Positions 52,895 through 64,000 of a DNA stretch of 64,000 nucleotides are shown here, one piece after another. The translations under genes were made by a program, and so were the position numbers. The notes beneath the pieces were generated by a model that saw only the letters and a program-made list of their open reading frames with translations, did not search any database and was not told where the DNA came from. Source of the DNA: Phoronis australis. Taxonomy: Eukaryota; Animalia; Phoronida. The stretch is from positions 684,144 to 748,143 of the forward strand of contig NMRA01000046.1 in the NCBI GenBank assembly GCA_002633005.1, given 5' to 3'. The number at the start of each line of letters is the position of its first letter. The first letter of the stretch is position 1.

Positions 52895-54418
52895 AACAAG
52901 AGCAAAGCGAAGCCTTGAAATGCGCCCACGAATGCATCGTGAACGGGTACATGTATGGTTGATTATTTGCATCATAAAAATACACACTATATGGCGCAAA
53001 AATGTCCAATACACCCGAAAACGGGAAGTGCCATCACTTCTCTTATAGAAAACTACCAAATTTCATAAAAATCTGTCAAGGAACTTCAGAGAAACAAAGG
53101 AAAACAGAAAAAATAAATTGCCACTAGGGAGCACAGTGTTCCTTGGATCTGTCAAAAAGTCCTCGGTGTCTTTTGTTCACTTCATACAAATACACTTACT
53201 TAATTTAATAAAGATTTTGCAGTGGCTTTAGGAGATATAAAGTTAATGGGTGCAAAACAAAACAAAACTACCACTAGGAGGCGCCACAATAGTCGAAGTC
53301 ATCGCCAACCGTCCTCTTCACATTGAGAATATATACGCCAATTTTCAAAATCATGATCCTTAGAATGGATTGGTTGATAGAGGGTGGACTCAAAAAAAAC
53401 AAAAAATGGCCACTAGGTTGTGCAAAATATCTCGATTTCATCAGAAAATGGGATAGTGTCATCTCACTAATAGATGCCTATACTCCAAATTTTATGAAAA
53501 CCGGTTAAGGACCTTTGAAGATACAGAGGTAAATGTAAAAAACTAAAATTGCCACTAGAGAGCACACTAGTAGTCAGATCTGTCCGAAAGTTGTAGTCGT
53601 CCGTTGTCAACATCATATAAATACACTTACTAAATTTAGTAAAGATATTGCAAACGGTTTAGGAGATACAGCTTTGGGCGCAAAAACAAACTGCCACTAG
53701 GAGGCACCACAGTATATAAAGTCATCAGAAAATCACCATGAGCCCTCCTCTTCATAGTAAGAACATACATGCCAATTTTCACAATCATCCTTAGAGTGGT
53801 TTGGTTGATAGAGTGGTGGATGCCAACAAACATACTTGAAAACAATAAAAATGGCCACTAGGTGGTGCAAACTACATCCAATCCATCTCTAAATGGGAGG
53901 ATAGCATCATCTCACTAATAGATGCCTATATGCCAAATTTTATGAAAATCCATGGAGGACCTTTGAAGATAAAGAGGTAAACGTAAAAAACTAAAATTAC
54001 CACTAGGGGCACATCGGTAGTCAGATCTGTCCGAAAGTTGTCGTCGTCTTTTGTTAACATCATACGAATACACTTGGTAAATTTAGTAAACTTCCTGCAA
54101 ACGGTTTAGGAGATACAGCTTCATCTCACTAATAGATACATATATGTCAAATTTTATGAAAATACGTTGAGGACCTTTGAAGACATAGAGGTCAACGTAA
54201 AAAAAAATGCTACAATGGGGCCCACCGGTAGTCGGATCCGTCCGAAAGTTTGCTCATGCCATCCCATCCATGAAAGGAACACGTGCAAAATTTCATGAAC
54301 TTACGTCAAATGGTTTTGGAGACAGAGCAGCAGACGCCAGACGCCGGATGGATGCCGCCCAGACGGGTGGACAGAGATGATGACATATTGCGTCCACATA
54401 TATGTGGGCACATAAAAA
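52895..54418. mobile_element. HINE-like (Helentron-associated, non-autonomous) element with internal ~450-bp tandem units
   Basis: Starts aacaagagcaaagcgaagccttgaaatgcgcccac; repeated aaattgccactag / acctttgaagat.cagaggt units (53511, 53959, 54174); (cagacg/ggatg)-type microsatellite; terminal hairpin tgcgtccacatatatgtgggca then cataaaaa. Confidence 0.72.
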
Positions 54419-54506
54419 GGCAGCTTCCTTTCTGAAAGAATGAGAACGGGGACAGTATGTACTCATGACACAAATTACTAATTTTTCAGATTAAGATTGC
54501 CATCTG

Positions 54507-54902
54507 GGCCCGGTCTCTAATCTTTGTACTCGAAACGAACTCGAAACTATTTTTGGCAATTTCTCTGCTCCTTTTGTGCGAACTTAAGATAATTGGTTAT
54601 CAGACTGTGCTCGAATACATTATAGTTTATGCATAGGGTAGTTCAAGTTTGCCCTTGAAGACCCTTATATTCGTGCTACAAACTTGAGTAAAAACTCGAA
54701 ATTTCGAGTTCAAACTTGAACTTATTACTTTAATATTGGGTTTACAAACTGTGAACTAAGGGCAATAAATTATCTACGCAAGTTATTGTGTACTCAAGCA
54801 TAGAATAATAGACACTTATCTTAAGTTCGCCCAAAAGTAGAGTAGAAAATGCCAAACCTAATTTCGAGTTCCATTTCGAGTAAAAAGATTGGAGACCTGG
54901 CC
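54507..54902. mobile_element. PIF/Harbinger-like palindromic MITE, CTG TSD
   Basis: ctg|ggcccggtctctaatctttgtactcgaaa ... tttcgagtaaaaagattggagacctggcc|ctg; imperfect palindrome over most of its length. Confidence 0.72.
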
Positions 54903-55552
54903 CTGTATGCAATTCACAAGAAGTTTCTCGTCAAGACTCTTTGTGCAGAAAGCTAATTAAAACAAATTTCACGAAAATGCAACTTTCTGCAGTAGGCCAC
55001 ATGAAGAAAATGTAGTTTGGGATTTCAATTAGACTTGATAAGCATTTGTAATAGTTTTAGTTGTTACACTTATGAGTACATGCAGTAATTAACAATACTC
55101 GACCCATTATTGCATGTATTGTCAGCTGACTGAGCATGTTGTGAACTAAAGAATCACTGAAAAATGTTTGGGTGAGCAGAGGATTTCAACAAGTTCCAGA
55201 AACACTATTTGACTACACTATATTTATTTGGTACCCATTGCAACAATATCAGCAACACAGTGACTTAGGCATTGACAACTGTTTAACAGCAATTGCAGTA
55301 AGAAAACAGTGACAAAATGGCCATAATAGCAAACACAATCCTGTCACTGCAGATGTACTGTCTTATGTTTGAGTATTCATACACAAACAGGAATCTTAGT
55401 ATGAAAGACACTATGACAAGGATACATACAAATCCAGATTAACTTGTCATATTTTAGTTTCCATGAGAATATGGTAATTTTGCAGTAATATACCATCACA
55501 CTTCTCAATCAGTCACACAATGCCAACATACACGGCTCTCATTTTACAGCCA

Positions 55553-55818
55553 TTACCTTACACCTGCTGCTTCAGTTCCTGACAAGTAGTCTGTGTAATC
55601 CCAGAATACCTTATCTGGTTTCCATTTCCTGTCCACTGCATTTACAAATGGATCCGGTGAAATGACATCATATGTTTTGTTAGGGAGTGGAAGTATTAGT
55701 CTGTATGCATGCAGCATCATTCTGTAGGGGCGAACATCCATCTTATTACTGTAGGTGTAGTCACCCACTATAGTGTGTCCCAGGTGAGAACAGTGGACAC
55801 GCAGTTGATGTCGTCTGC
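55553..55818 (-). CDS. RPUSD1: RPUSD1 coding exon 4
   Basis: ttttcag acceptor; GRRHQLRVHCSHLGHTIVGDYTY...MMLHAYRL...PDPF...*. Confidence 0.9.
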
Positions 55819-58800
55819 CTGAAAACCATGACAATTAAGTCTTGAAATGTAACTCTTCACTCATCCAGGAAAGTTCATAATCAAAAAAATTAAACCATCA
55901 CATAATAGACATGGTGATGACAGGTTTGTCTTGTCTAACACTTGGAACGGGAGTGTGGATCATATCTTGTGAGAACACAGCGGGAAGCTCCTGAAAGCTT
56001 AAGGGATTTATTAGTAAGTGTAATACAGTCCAGCTGAACACGTTTAATTTTTTATTATGACAATTACGTGTAATCCTACCAGAAGATGAACGAGTGACGA
56101 GATTTCATTGCAAGAGCAAAGCATGACAAGAACCGAATCTTTTTACTTGAAATCGAACTTGAAAACATTTTGACATTTCCTGTTGTACTTAAATATGAAC
56201 TATATATGTGCTTGAGTCTATTATGGTTTACACAGATCATTGTGTAATCCTATTTTGCACGTGATGACCCCAGAATAACTTTACCTCACCTCGCAAAAGC
56301 ACTTCAAACACTTTAAACCTCTGACCATCAAATCTGGCACAGAGGCATTCATGAGAGAAAGGTCCCATGTGACATGATAGTTTAAATTTCTGCAGGCGAT
56401 GCAATTGTTTCACTAGTGCCACCTGCAGTGAATCTATAATTCCTTGTTATTGATAAACTACCTGTGTTAGGGATGAGCAATACTTTGGAGGCAGGCTGCC
56501 CCATATACAGTCCATGTTCCAGTAGCACCAACACAGTAGAGGCGTGCTTGCTGTCTCTGCAGTCATTTGTAGATTGGACACACATCCTGTGTTCCATTCC
56601 CTCTCGCCCATCCTTGCCAATACTTACATCAATGGTGTATCCTGCTGTGTACCAAACTGGCATGTGTCCACGCACCTGAAATGAAATTAGCTTAATTGAG
56701 TCACAAAGAAAGGGTAAAGATAATCGTGGCTATTGAAGGCAAACTCTTCCCTGCCATGAAAGCTGTATGGAAGCTGCATTGGCCAGAGGAGTCTTCCCTC
56801 ATGATCAAGAATGAGTGGGAATTTACAGAAAAGTTAGTAACGTGGTTAAGACATTTTCCCATTAGAATTTTGTGGCCTAACAGTTACCAGTCAATTTTGC
56901 TGTCAACAGAATTACCTCATATGATGGGAGAATGGTATTATATCTGATTATTAGTAGATTCTTTAAACTATTACTTTAAAAATCCTTGATGATTACAGAA
57001 TGTTACTATGTGCACAAAAACAACTAATAGACGTTTGTAATCACATGAATGCATTTTTTTTCTAAAAACATTATTTTCAAGGAGATTGCCAAATTTTCCA
57101 CAACACAATTTTCCCATGAAAATTGAAAATTCAGTTTCTTTTTCATATTATCTACCGACAAACACTTGTTAGGGATTTTCTTTTAAGGCCTTTTAGTACA
57201 AGAGCTCAGTTGTAAAAAAATCAAGACTTTCATTTTTTAGAAATGTTGACGTCTTCATTTTATACAACAGAGTTCTCGACATGCTTTTGCAAGTTTCATG
57301 TTGATGGAAATCACGGCGATCTCAAAAATCTAAGATTCAAAAAAAAAACAATTGCGAACATCTGGACATTAGTTTTGGACACAAAGAAAGATTCGTTGAT
57401 CATCAAGGATTTTAAAAAATACATAGTTTTTTAGGTCTACTAATTATAATTACTAAAAAGAAATTTAATCCTTGGCAATGAAGATATCCCATTATCTTAA
57501 AGGACGATGCCACCCGATTTAATTAGTTTTTGTTACTGTCTTAACTGGTCTATATCCACATCACCTCGTGTACAGTCAATCTCACCTCGCCAAAAGGTGT
57601 CGCGTTAACCTGTGAGGAAGGTGAGTATACGATGCAGTGACGTCAGTGGTTCTTTAGTTGAGTGTGTGCTGTATCGTTCTCACATGTGCGAAACATGAAG
57701 GTGTGAGGAAAGCGTGCATATCGTTTTTCAATTTCCTTGAGAACCTGAAATGCTTCGCAAGTGGCTCCCCGCAGTAAAAAACAAAAAGTATGCCATTAAT
57801 ACAAAGTATGAGGCCGTGAAATATCTCCGTGTCTGTGGGCGACATTGTTGTTTCAAAATTAATTAGTCTCATACTAACCGATGTTTATGTAAAATTTGTG
57901 TCAGAGTATATCTCAGAAGATATAATTTGTAATGCCTTAGAAGTGTTTGTGAGTGCAACTGTTTTGAGAAATCAACAATGAATAAATCATAGTGCATTAA
58001 CGGCTTCAGATGCAATAAAACTAAATGACCACCGTGTGAGCGTGTGCTAATTCAGTGTTTGCTGACTGAAAGCTGCTATGCTGAGCAGACTGTGTTAGAA
58101 CCCGTGACATCATTGGTTAATTTCAACACCTCCGTCTGCCATCTGGTGTCAGGTAAAAGAGCTGTACTTGCTGTTATCGAGTGGAACTACTCATTCTAAA
58201 TTGATACAAAATACATTGTTTTTGGTGGCATTCTCATATAAGCTTCTGTTCAATATTCTACTCAACCATAACTGGATCAACCAATGCAAGTGCTTTGGGC
58301 CATGTTTGGTCAATGGAGCCTTTCTGCCCCCTGGGAGTCATTTTCAACACAATCCCAAAGGCAACAGCACACTAAACATCAGTGGAATCAGCCATCAAAA
58401 TAGGACTGTCGTGGATTACACAGTGACACTCGAACCTCAGTGTATTTACCCACAATGCCGCAAACATACGTCAGGCACATTTGTTGCCTCACTTTCATGT
58501 CATTGGAATTCCACATTATCTGTTGTAGTCTGATTCTTTGCAAGTTTTTCTCAGCGGCATTACTTCATTCATTCTTCCAATGCTAACAAAGTTTTATAAT
58601 GATGTGCTGTGGGCTGCAACTATGCTGTGAAAAATTTGACAACTGGACAAATACCCCTGGATGCGCGATGTGAAGTTCTTTGCCTTCCCAAAACCAATGA
58701 GAGACAAGTAAATGCACAGCGAGTGAGTAAAACAAATTTGTCAGGTTAACTTTGAACAAAAAAGGCAGAATTCCCTTTCTTGAAGATACCTGTTCAATTC

Positions 58801-61800
58801 CTGTAATTTCAGCAAAAATGTGGCTGATTTCCAAAACGAGGCCACGTGCTTTCTTATCTCCACAACAAAGGAGAGTTCAGTTGCCGTGCAATCCGGGCCA
58901 ACCCTATTCCTGAAACCTGCTGCGAGATTGTACAGGTCATAGAACATAATTGTTTTGAAACTTGAAGCCATTTCATTGCAGTTTGGTAGCTAGGATTATG
59001 GTCTATCACAACCCAGGGGCACGAAAATGTTGCTCTGCACTCCTCCCCTGTCATTATCACCTTTGTACTGCACCCTCCCAGTCGCCACAAGTTTCATGCC
59101 CTATCGCACCTGACCATTTCTGAGACCTCCCTGGTCATTGGTGCTCCCCCATTAGGATATCACTCGGGGCAAAGCATCCCTCGAGCCATAGCTGCCCCAC
59201 TATCTGATTGCAGTAAAAGCACATGAACATTATACACCACAACACAACACATTACAGTTCATCCATGTCATCACGTGTAAATGCAGGACCAGTCAATTAG
59301 AGAACAGCAATAGTATTATGTGAATGGTTCAATTTAAAACACATCATTTTGATAAATCAAAAAAATACATTTTTGCAAATCTGTGTCATGAGCAAATGTC
59401 AAAGCTGAAAATAAAACACAAACTTTACAGTTCCAGTTCACAAAATTTATTCCAACTTTGGAAAAACGACATTATGGAGCCATAGTTCATAACCATGCTG
59501 CTTTGAAGTTTTAAAGAAAATGGTGCCTTTCCAATGTTTTGTACTTCAAAATCATTGACCAGTCGTATCACCCAAATTCATTCCCAAAATCTAACTGACT
59601 GGTCCTTTGTCTATTTCAAGCTCTTACTAAAAGTTTCATCAAATAGGGCCGTCCCGGATTACACAGCAACACTCAAATCTTGCTGTGTTTACCCACAATG
59701 CCATAAACACCATCAGGCACATTTGCTGCCTCGTTTTCGTGCCACTTTAGTTTCACATGTTATATGTTGTTGTCCGATTCTTTACAAGTATTTCTCGGCT
59801 GCATTACTCTATTCAGTCTTCCAATGCCAACGAAGTATTACTGCTGTGCCGTGGGCTGCAACTCCACATGAAAAACAAAGGAGAATTCTATCTCCGTGTA
59901 ATTCGGGACGACCTTATTGCTTTATAACAAGTGACTCAAAACAAGAAAATCCCTCCCAAGCCACCAAGCTGGCTAACTCAACCTTCTGTAAAATAGACAC
60001 ATCAGAAACTTTCAACTATCCTAGGAGGGTATGCTAACTCATTGAAGGTTAGTCAACAGAAAACATGGCTGTTTGTCAAGGGCACAACTATAATGACCAC
60101 AACAGCCCGGATTGAACGCCCAAGCTTTCAGTAGAGAGTCGACCATTGAGCCACCGTTGAAACTCACAGGCACTGCGAGTGCCTAGCTTATGTAACCTAG
60201 TAACTATTCAAATATACCTTGACCCCAATCAAAACAAGATTTCAGTACCTCTTCACTAAGTGAATATATCGAACATTAGTAAACCAACCATTCATGGCAT
60301 ATGTATTAAGCATGACTACTTCATAATGGTTTTAGGATCTCAAGCATGACTAGTTCACCAGCAGGCCACACTAAGGAAGAATGTATTCATTCATCAGTGT
60401 ACAAAACTAAAACAAAATTAATGTACACTTTCTTGTTTCACCATCAACAGGTGTCCCTATAATTCTATCCATATACATCATTTTTGCCACTGTAGTTTTA
60501 TGCATTTTCTGCCTCTACATAGCTTTGTAAATGATCTCATTGAACAACATACCAAATCACAACAAACCAAAACTTACCAAAGCTAAATAGTGTTTTACAG
60601 TTTTCCGTCTTTGAAAAGCCTTCATTGCCTTGGCACAAGCCTTCTTGTTTAGCGCCACACAGTACACCCCACTTGTAGCATAGTCCAGGCGGTGGACATT
60701 CCTTCAACACATTAGGAAAGTTAAAGATGTATTTGCATGCTTCTAACTACGGTAATGTATAGCAGGAAATAAAATGATGTTATTTGAACATCATCTATGC
60801 TAAACAAAGTGCAGTTATGTTCACTGACAATCTGTAAATGTGAACACAAAAAATTCTGCAAATAGGTGACCTTTGCACTAATGACGTCACTTGGGGATTC
60901 ACACAGCCCGCATGCTGCACTCCATGCAATGCTATTCCTCAACACCACATCATCATACTTACAGGACACGGTTGAGTGATTTTCATTTTCAACGCAAGAC
61001 TCGTTCTTAAAAACATTTGGCAATTTTCAACGTACTTCATATTCCCAAGGTCACTATATGTTGTGTTTCTAATAATTTGACCAAGCAATCACAGAGATAA
61101 GGAATTAGCTGTGCAAGTTCCACTTTAAAGCAATTAAAGATCCATGCAATCCTAATTACATCATGGCAAAAGCAGGACTCAAACTGTGACAAATATAGAT
61201 TTGAGGTGACGAATTTAGTCACATAAGCAATCGCATGGTCCAAAGTTCATCTTGTGTACTGGGCTTGATATTATGTAACTTTTGGTGTCAAGCAAGTGAA
61301 ATTTCATAGTACCGTAGCATGCCTGGCAGGCTAGTTGATTTGAACAGCGAACTTGTACATCCAAAAGTAATGGCACACAACAGAGCTTGCAAACCGAGAT
61401 TGTTGACTTGAAGGCTTTACAACTTCATAAATTTGGCCAAGCAAGTTTTTCCTTTAGGCTAGTGAATTTTTTTGGTTTACTTGCCCATAGGAAAGTTAAG
61501 AAAAAAAGTTAGTGTCAAGCCCTGGTGTGAAATTAGAGATGCAAAGTCACCACATTAAAAACCTCTAAAAAATTCCAAACGTTTTTAAAGATGCCAATGC
61601 AAGTGGCTGATTCAGAAAGTTTAATTTTGCAGCATAATATTGAATATTAACACAAAAAATGGTAGTCAAAAACACTCATTCCTTACGCAGATTAAAAATT
61701 TTATCTGAGCTTGGTAAGATTGGTAGCCACAATCATTACTACGCGAGAAAAACTCATTAAATTGTTATGTGCTGAGCATTGAGTGACTTCTTCTCAAACT

Positions 61801-62696
61801 CTCAAATCACTTCTAATTTGAGTAAAAAACAAGTTGAGACTAGTTCTACATAAGTAAGAGACCTCACTCAGAGACTAGTTCTACATAAGTAAGAGACCTC
61901 ACTCAGAGACTAGTCCTACATAAGTAAGAGACCTCACTCAGAGACTAGTTCTACATACGTAAGAGACCTCACTCAGAGACTAGTTCTACATAAGTAAGAG
62001 ACCTCACTCAGAGACTAGTTCTACATAAGTAAGAGACCTCACTCAGAGACTAGTTCTACATACGTAAGAGACCTCACTCAGAGACTAGTTCTACATAAGT
62101 AAGAGACCTCACTCAGAGACTAGTTCTACATAAGTAAGAGACCTCACTCAGAGACTAGTTCTACATAAGAGACCTCACTCAGAGACTAGTTCTACATAAG
62201 TAAGAGACCTCACTCCGAGACTAGTTCTACATAAGTAAGAGACCTCACTCAGAGACTAGTTCTACATAAGTAAGAGACCTCACTCAAAATATTGTCATTG
62301 ACTGGTGTGAACATAGCACCTTTTAAAAAATATTTTTGATGCCAAAAGTAACCATGCTTGTGAAGACTATGATTACCTGAACTTGTTGATTAATTGTTTG
62401 TCTACAAGGTCAGGATACAAATATTCCAGTTGGAGTGCTACATTCATGGAAGAGTGCTCCACGGTACCATCTGGCCGAATGTTACAGTTAATCGCGATGT
62501 CACAGACTTTGTTAACAAACACAAAGTCTTTGTCTTTCGCCAACACAGCAATGTCTTTCAAGGACGGCACCTTCCCTTGGTTCAGTTGTGTTCTCAAAAT
62601 GGTTATGTACTTCTTACGAATCCATCGATGAACACTTGTTATCACGTACTCGACCAACATTGCAGCTATTGTTTCAATGACCTCTTGACTCCACAT
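55553..62696 (-). CDS. RPUSD1: RNA pseudouridylate synthase domain-containing protein 1 (RluA family); 4 coding exons, 307 aa
   Basis: Exons 62696-62377, 60701-60578, 56675-56462, 55818-55553 join in frame (924 nt). Motifs FVFVNK, VHRLDYATSG (catalytic Asp), KHYLALVRGH, TGRRHQLRVHC, GHTIVGDYTY, RMMLHA, PDPF. Confidence 0.93.
56462..56675 (-). CDS. RPUSD1: RPUSD1 coding exon 3
   Basis: tttcatttcag acceptor; VRGHM...IGKD...RMC...VLLEHGLYMGQPASKVLLIPNTG; CAG|gtagtt donor. Confidence 0.9.
56950..57444. mobile_element. MITE with ~50-bp inverted arms in RPUSD1 intron
   Basis: attagtagattctttaaactattactttaaaaatccttgatgat mirrored by atcatcaaggattttaaaaaatacatagttttttaggtctactaat. Confidence 0.6.
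58398..58760 (+). pseudogene. Decayed THAP-domain coding relic (transposon-derived), copy 1
   Basis: With frameshift/stops: CAVGCN...KYPWMRDVKFFAFPKPMRDK*MHSE*VKQICQVNF; first ~220 bp homologous to 59641-59860. Confidence 0.55.
59641..59871 (+). pseudogene. Decayed THAP relic, copy 2
   Basis: ATG 59824: MPTKYYCCAVGCNST*, typical THAP N-terminus; upstream sequence homologous to 58398-58620. Confidence 0.55.
60090..60157 (-). mobile_element. tRNA-derived SINE head fragment
   Basis: Minus strand cggtggctcaatgg (A-box-like) ... gcgttcaatcc (B-box-like); no full cloverleaf. Confidence 0.35.
60578..60701 (-). CDS. RPUSD1: RPUSD1 coding exon 2 (catalytic motif II)
   Basis: NVHRLDYATSGVYCVALNKKACAKAMKAFQRRKTVKHYLAL; 124 nt; TTG|gtaagt donor. 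Confidence 0.92.
61259..61524. mobile_element. MITE, CAGGGCTTGACA-type (related left end at ~4959)
   Basis: ctgggcttgatatta ... tagtgtcaagccctg with gtgta/gtgtg flanks; cagggctcgacattaac at 4959. Confidence 0.5.
61836..62286. repeat. 35-bp minisatellite, 13 copies, in RPUSD1 intron
   Basis: gagactagttctacataagtaagagacctcactca x13; few substitutions and one 4-nt deletion; no spacers. Confidence 0.96.
62377..62696 (-). CDS. RPUSD1: RPUSD1 coding exon 1
   Basis: ATG at 62696 directly preceded by in-frame TGA; ...DKDFVFVNKVCDIAIN...LQLEYLYPDLVD...KFR; AG|gtaatc donor. A likely UTR acceptor lies at 62866. Confidence 0.82.
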
Positions 62697-63214
62697 TCAG
62701 AAAAATATACAGAGTATAGTTGTTCACAATATCAACTGGAAAGTTCATTGGTCTTCTGTATAACTACACCTGCGTTCATTGTTCAACACATGAGCCTCTG
62801 AATGACTCCTTGATTCTAGATCAGCATCCGTTCAATGAACCATTCACAAATGTTAGATTGAGAATCTACAAAAATAGATAAAAGATGTGAATAAACAGAA
62901 ACACGTCCACATTATCGACAGCAAGCTTGCCTGCATCAATGAATCAAGCCACATAAAAATAACACAAGATGTTATGATGATGCTCTTCAATTACAGTCAA
63001 CCCCTTGATTTCCCAGATGACACAAGAGTTCTACAATACTTATGAAGGGACCTCAGGTTAACTTTTATAAATGGAATGGAGCATTTCTGTCACCCTTGAA
63101 CATGTGTAAAAGTTTCATCTCAAGTCTAAAAAAATGCTGTAGTCATGTGGGATATCAACTGACAAAATACTCAGCTACCAACAAATGCACACCGACCAGC
63201 GTCTTTATTCATTT

Positions 63215-64000
63215 AACACAAGAGCAACGCAGAGCGTTGAAATGCGCCCACAATTGCACCGCATACAATATCCTTCTAGGGTTGTTTATTGGTACCATAA
63301 AGTGGCCAGTAGAGGGCATATATGTAGTATGTTGTACTTTGCAAAATGGAAAGGCATGGTCATTGTCTCCTCAATAGGCTAGGGGCAAAATGTGAGTAAT
63401 CTTCATAATACAAGCACATCCTATACACCAGTTGCTTAAAGCACCACAGAAAGAATTAAAAACAAATTTACCAACATACGAGCACAGCATTAGAATGCCA
63501 GAAACAAATTTCTACTTGGAACTTTTCCTTCATAGTCACGAAGTAACACAAAGTATACACCTGAAGACCTATGAAAATACAGAGGTCAATGTAAAATACC
63601 AAAATTGCCACTAGAGGCAAATACTAAAATTGCCACTAGAGACATACCGGTAGTCAGAATCATCCTAAAGTCGTCATCGTCCGTTGTCAACATCACATAA
63701 ATACACTTGCTAAATTTAGTAAAGATCCTGCAAACGGTTTGGGAGATACAGCCATGGGTGCAAAAAAACAAAACTGCCACTAGGAGGCGCCACAGAAGTC
63801 CAAATCGTCTGAAAATCATTGTCAGCTGTCTTCCATATAGTAAGCACATACACACCAATTTTCACAATCATCCTTTGAGCGGTTTGGTTGATAGAGGAGT
63901 GGACGCAAAAATACAGACTCGAAAACAGTAAAAATGGCCACTAGGTGGCGCAAACTATGTCGAATCCATCTGAAAACGGGAGGATAGCGTCATCTCACTA
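63215..64000. mobile_element. Second HINE-like copy (runs off the window)
   Basis: acaagagcaacgcagagcgttgaaatgcgcccac start; 63565-64000 is homologous to the internal units of 52895-54418. Confidence 0.72.

Noticed and set aside
60702-60730. Possible U12-type intron in RPUSD1 (tctttaac branch-like motif, weak pyrimidine tract)
   Set aside because: The upstream donor is gtaatc, not GTATCCTT, so it is a U2-type intron
61836-62286. CRISPR-like 35-bp repeat array
   Set aside because: Units are head-to-tail with no unique spacers, no cas genes, and lie in a eukaryotic intron: a minisatellite

Overview
Eukaryotic, intron-rich, repeat-rich animal DNA, most likely a marine invertebrate; the species cannot be named from sequence alone. 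There is no prokaryotic system, no CRISPR array and no rRNA or tRNA gene. I reconstructed four spliced genes by hand with frame-consistent GT-AG junctions. (1) A divergent TARP/stargazin-like (CACNG, claudin superfamily) gene, + strand, 3082-8423, 4 exons, ~278 aa. (2) A Polycomb/CBX gene with chromodomain and Pc-box, + strand, 28227-37639, 5 exons, 269 aa. (3) A canonical TARP/CACNG gene ending in RRTTPV, + strand, 45054-52334, 4 exons, 316 aa. (4) RPUSD1, an RluA-type pseudouridine synthase, - strand, 62696-55553, 4 coding exons, 307 aa. The rest is dense with non-autonomous DNA transposons: a CAG/CAT-ended MITE group with 5-bp TSDs, TTAA-flanked, TA-flanked and CTG-flanked elements, two HINE-like (Helentron-derived) elements and a decayed THAP-coding relic. 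There are also 35-bp and 52-bp minisatellites and a 289-N assembly gap. The best leads are the canonical/non-canonical TARP pair, an atypical Polycomb protein (HP1-like aromatic cage, co-repressor-like linear motifs, CRE-rich locus) and the TARP-CBX-RPUSD1 linkage. I found no evidence for a wholly new biological system beyond these leads.
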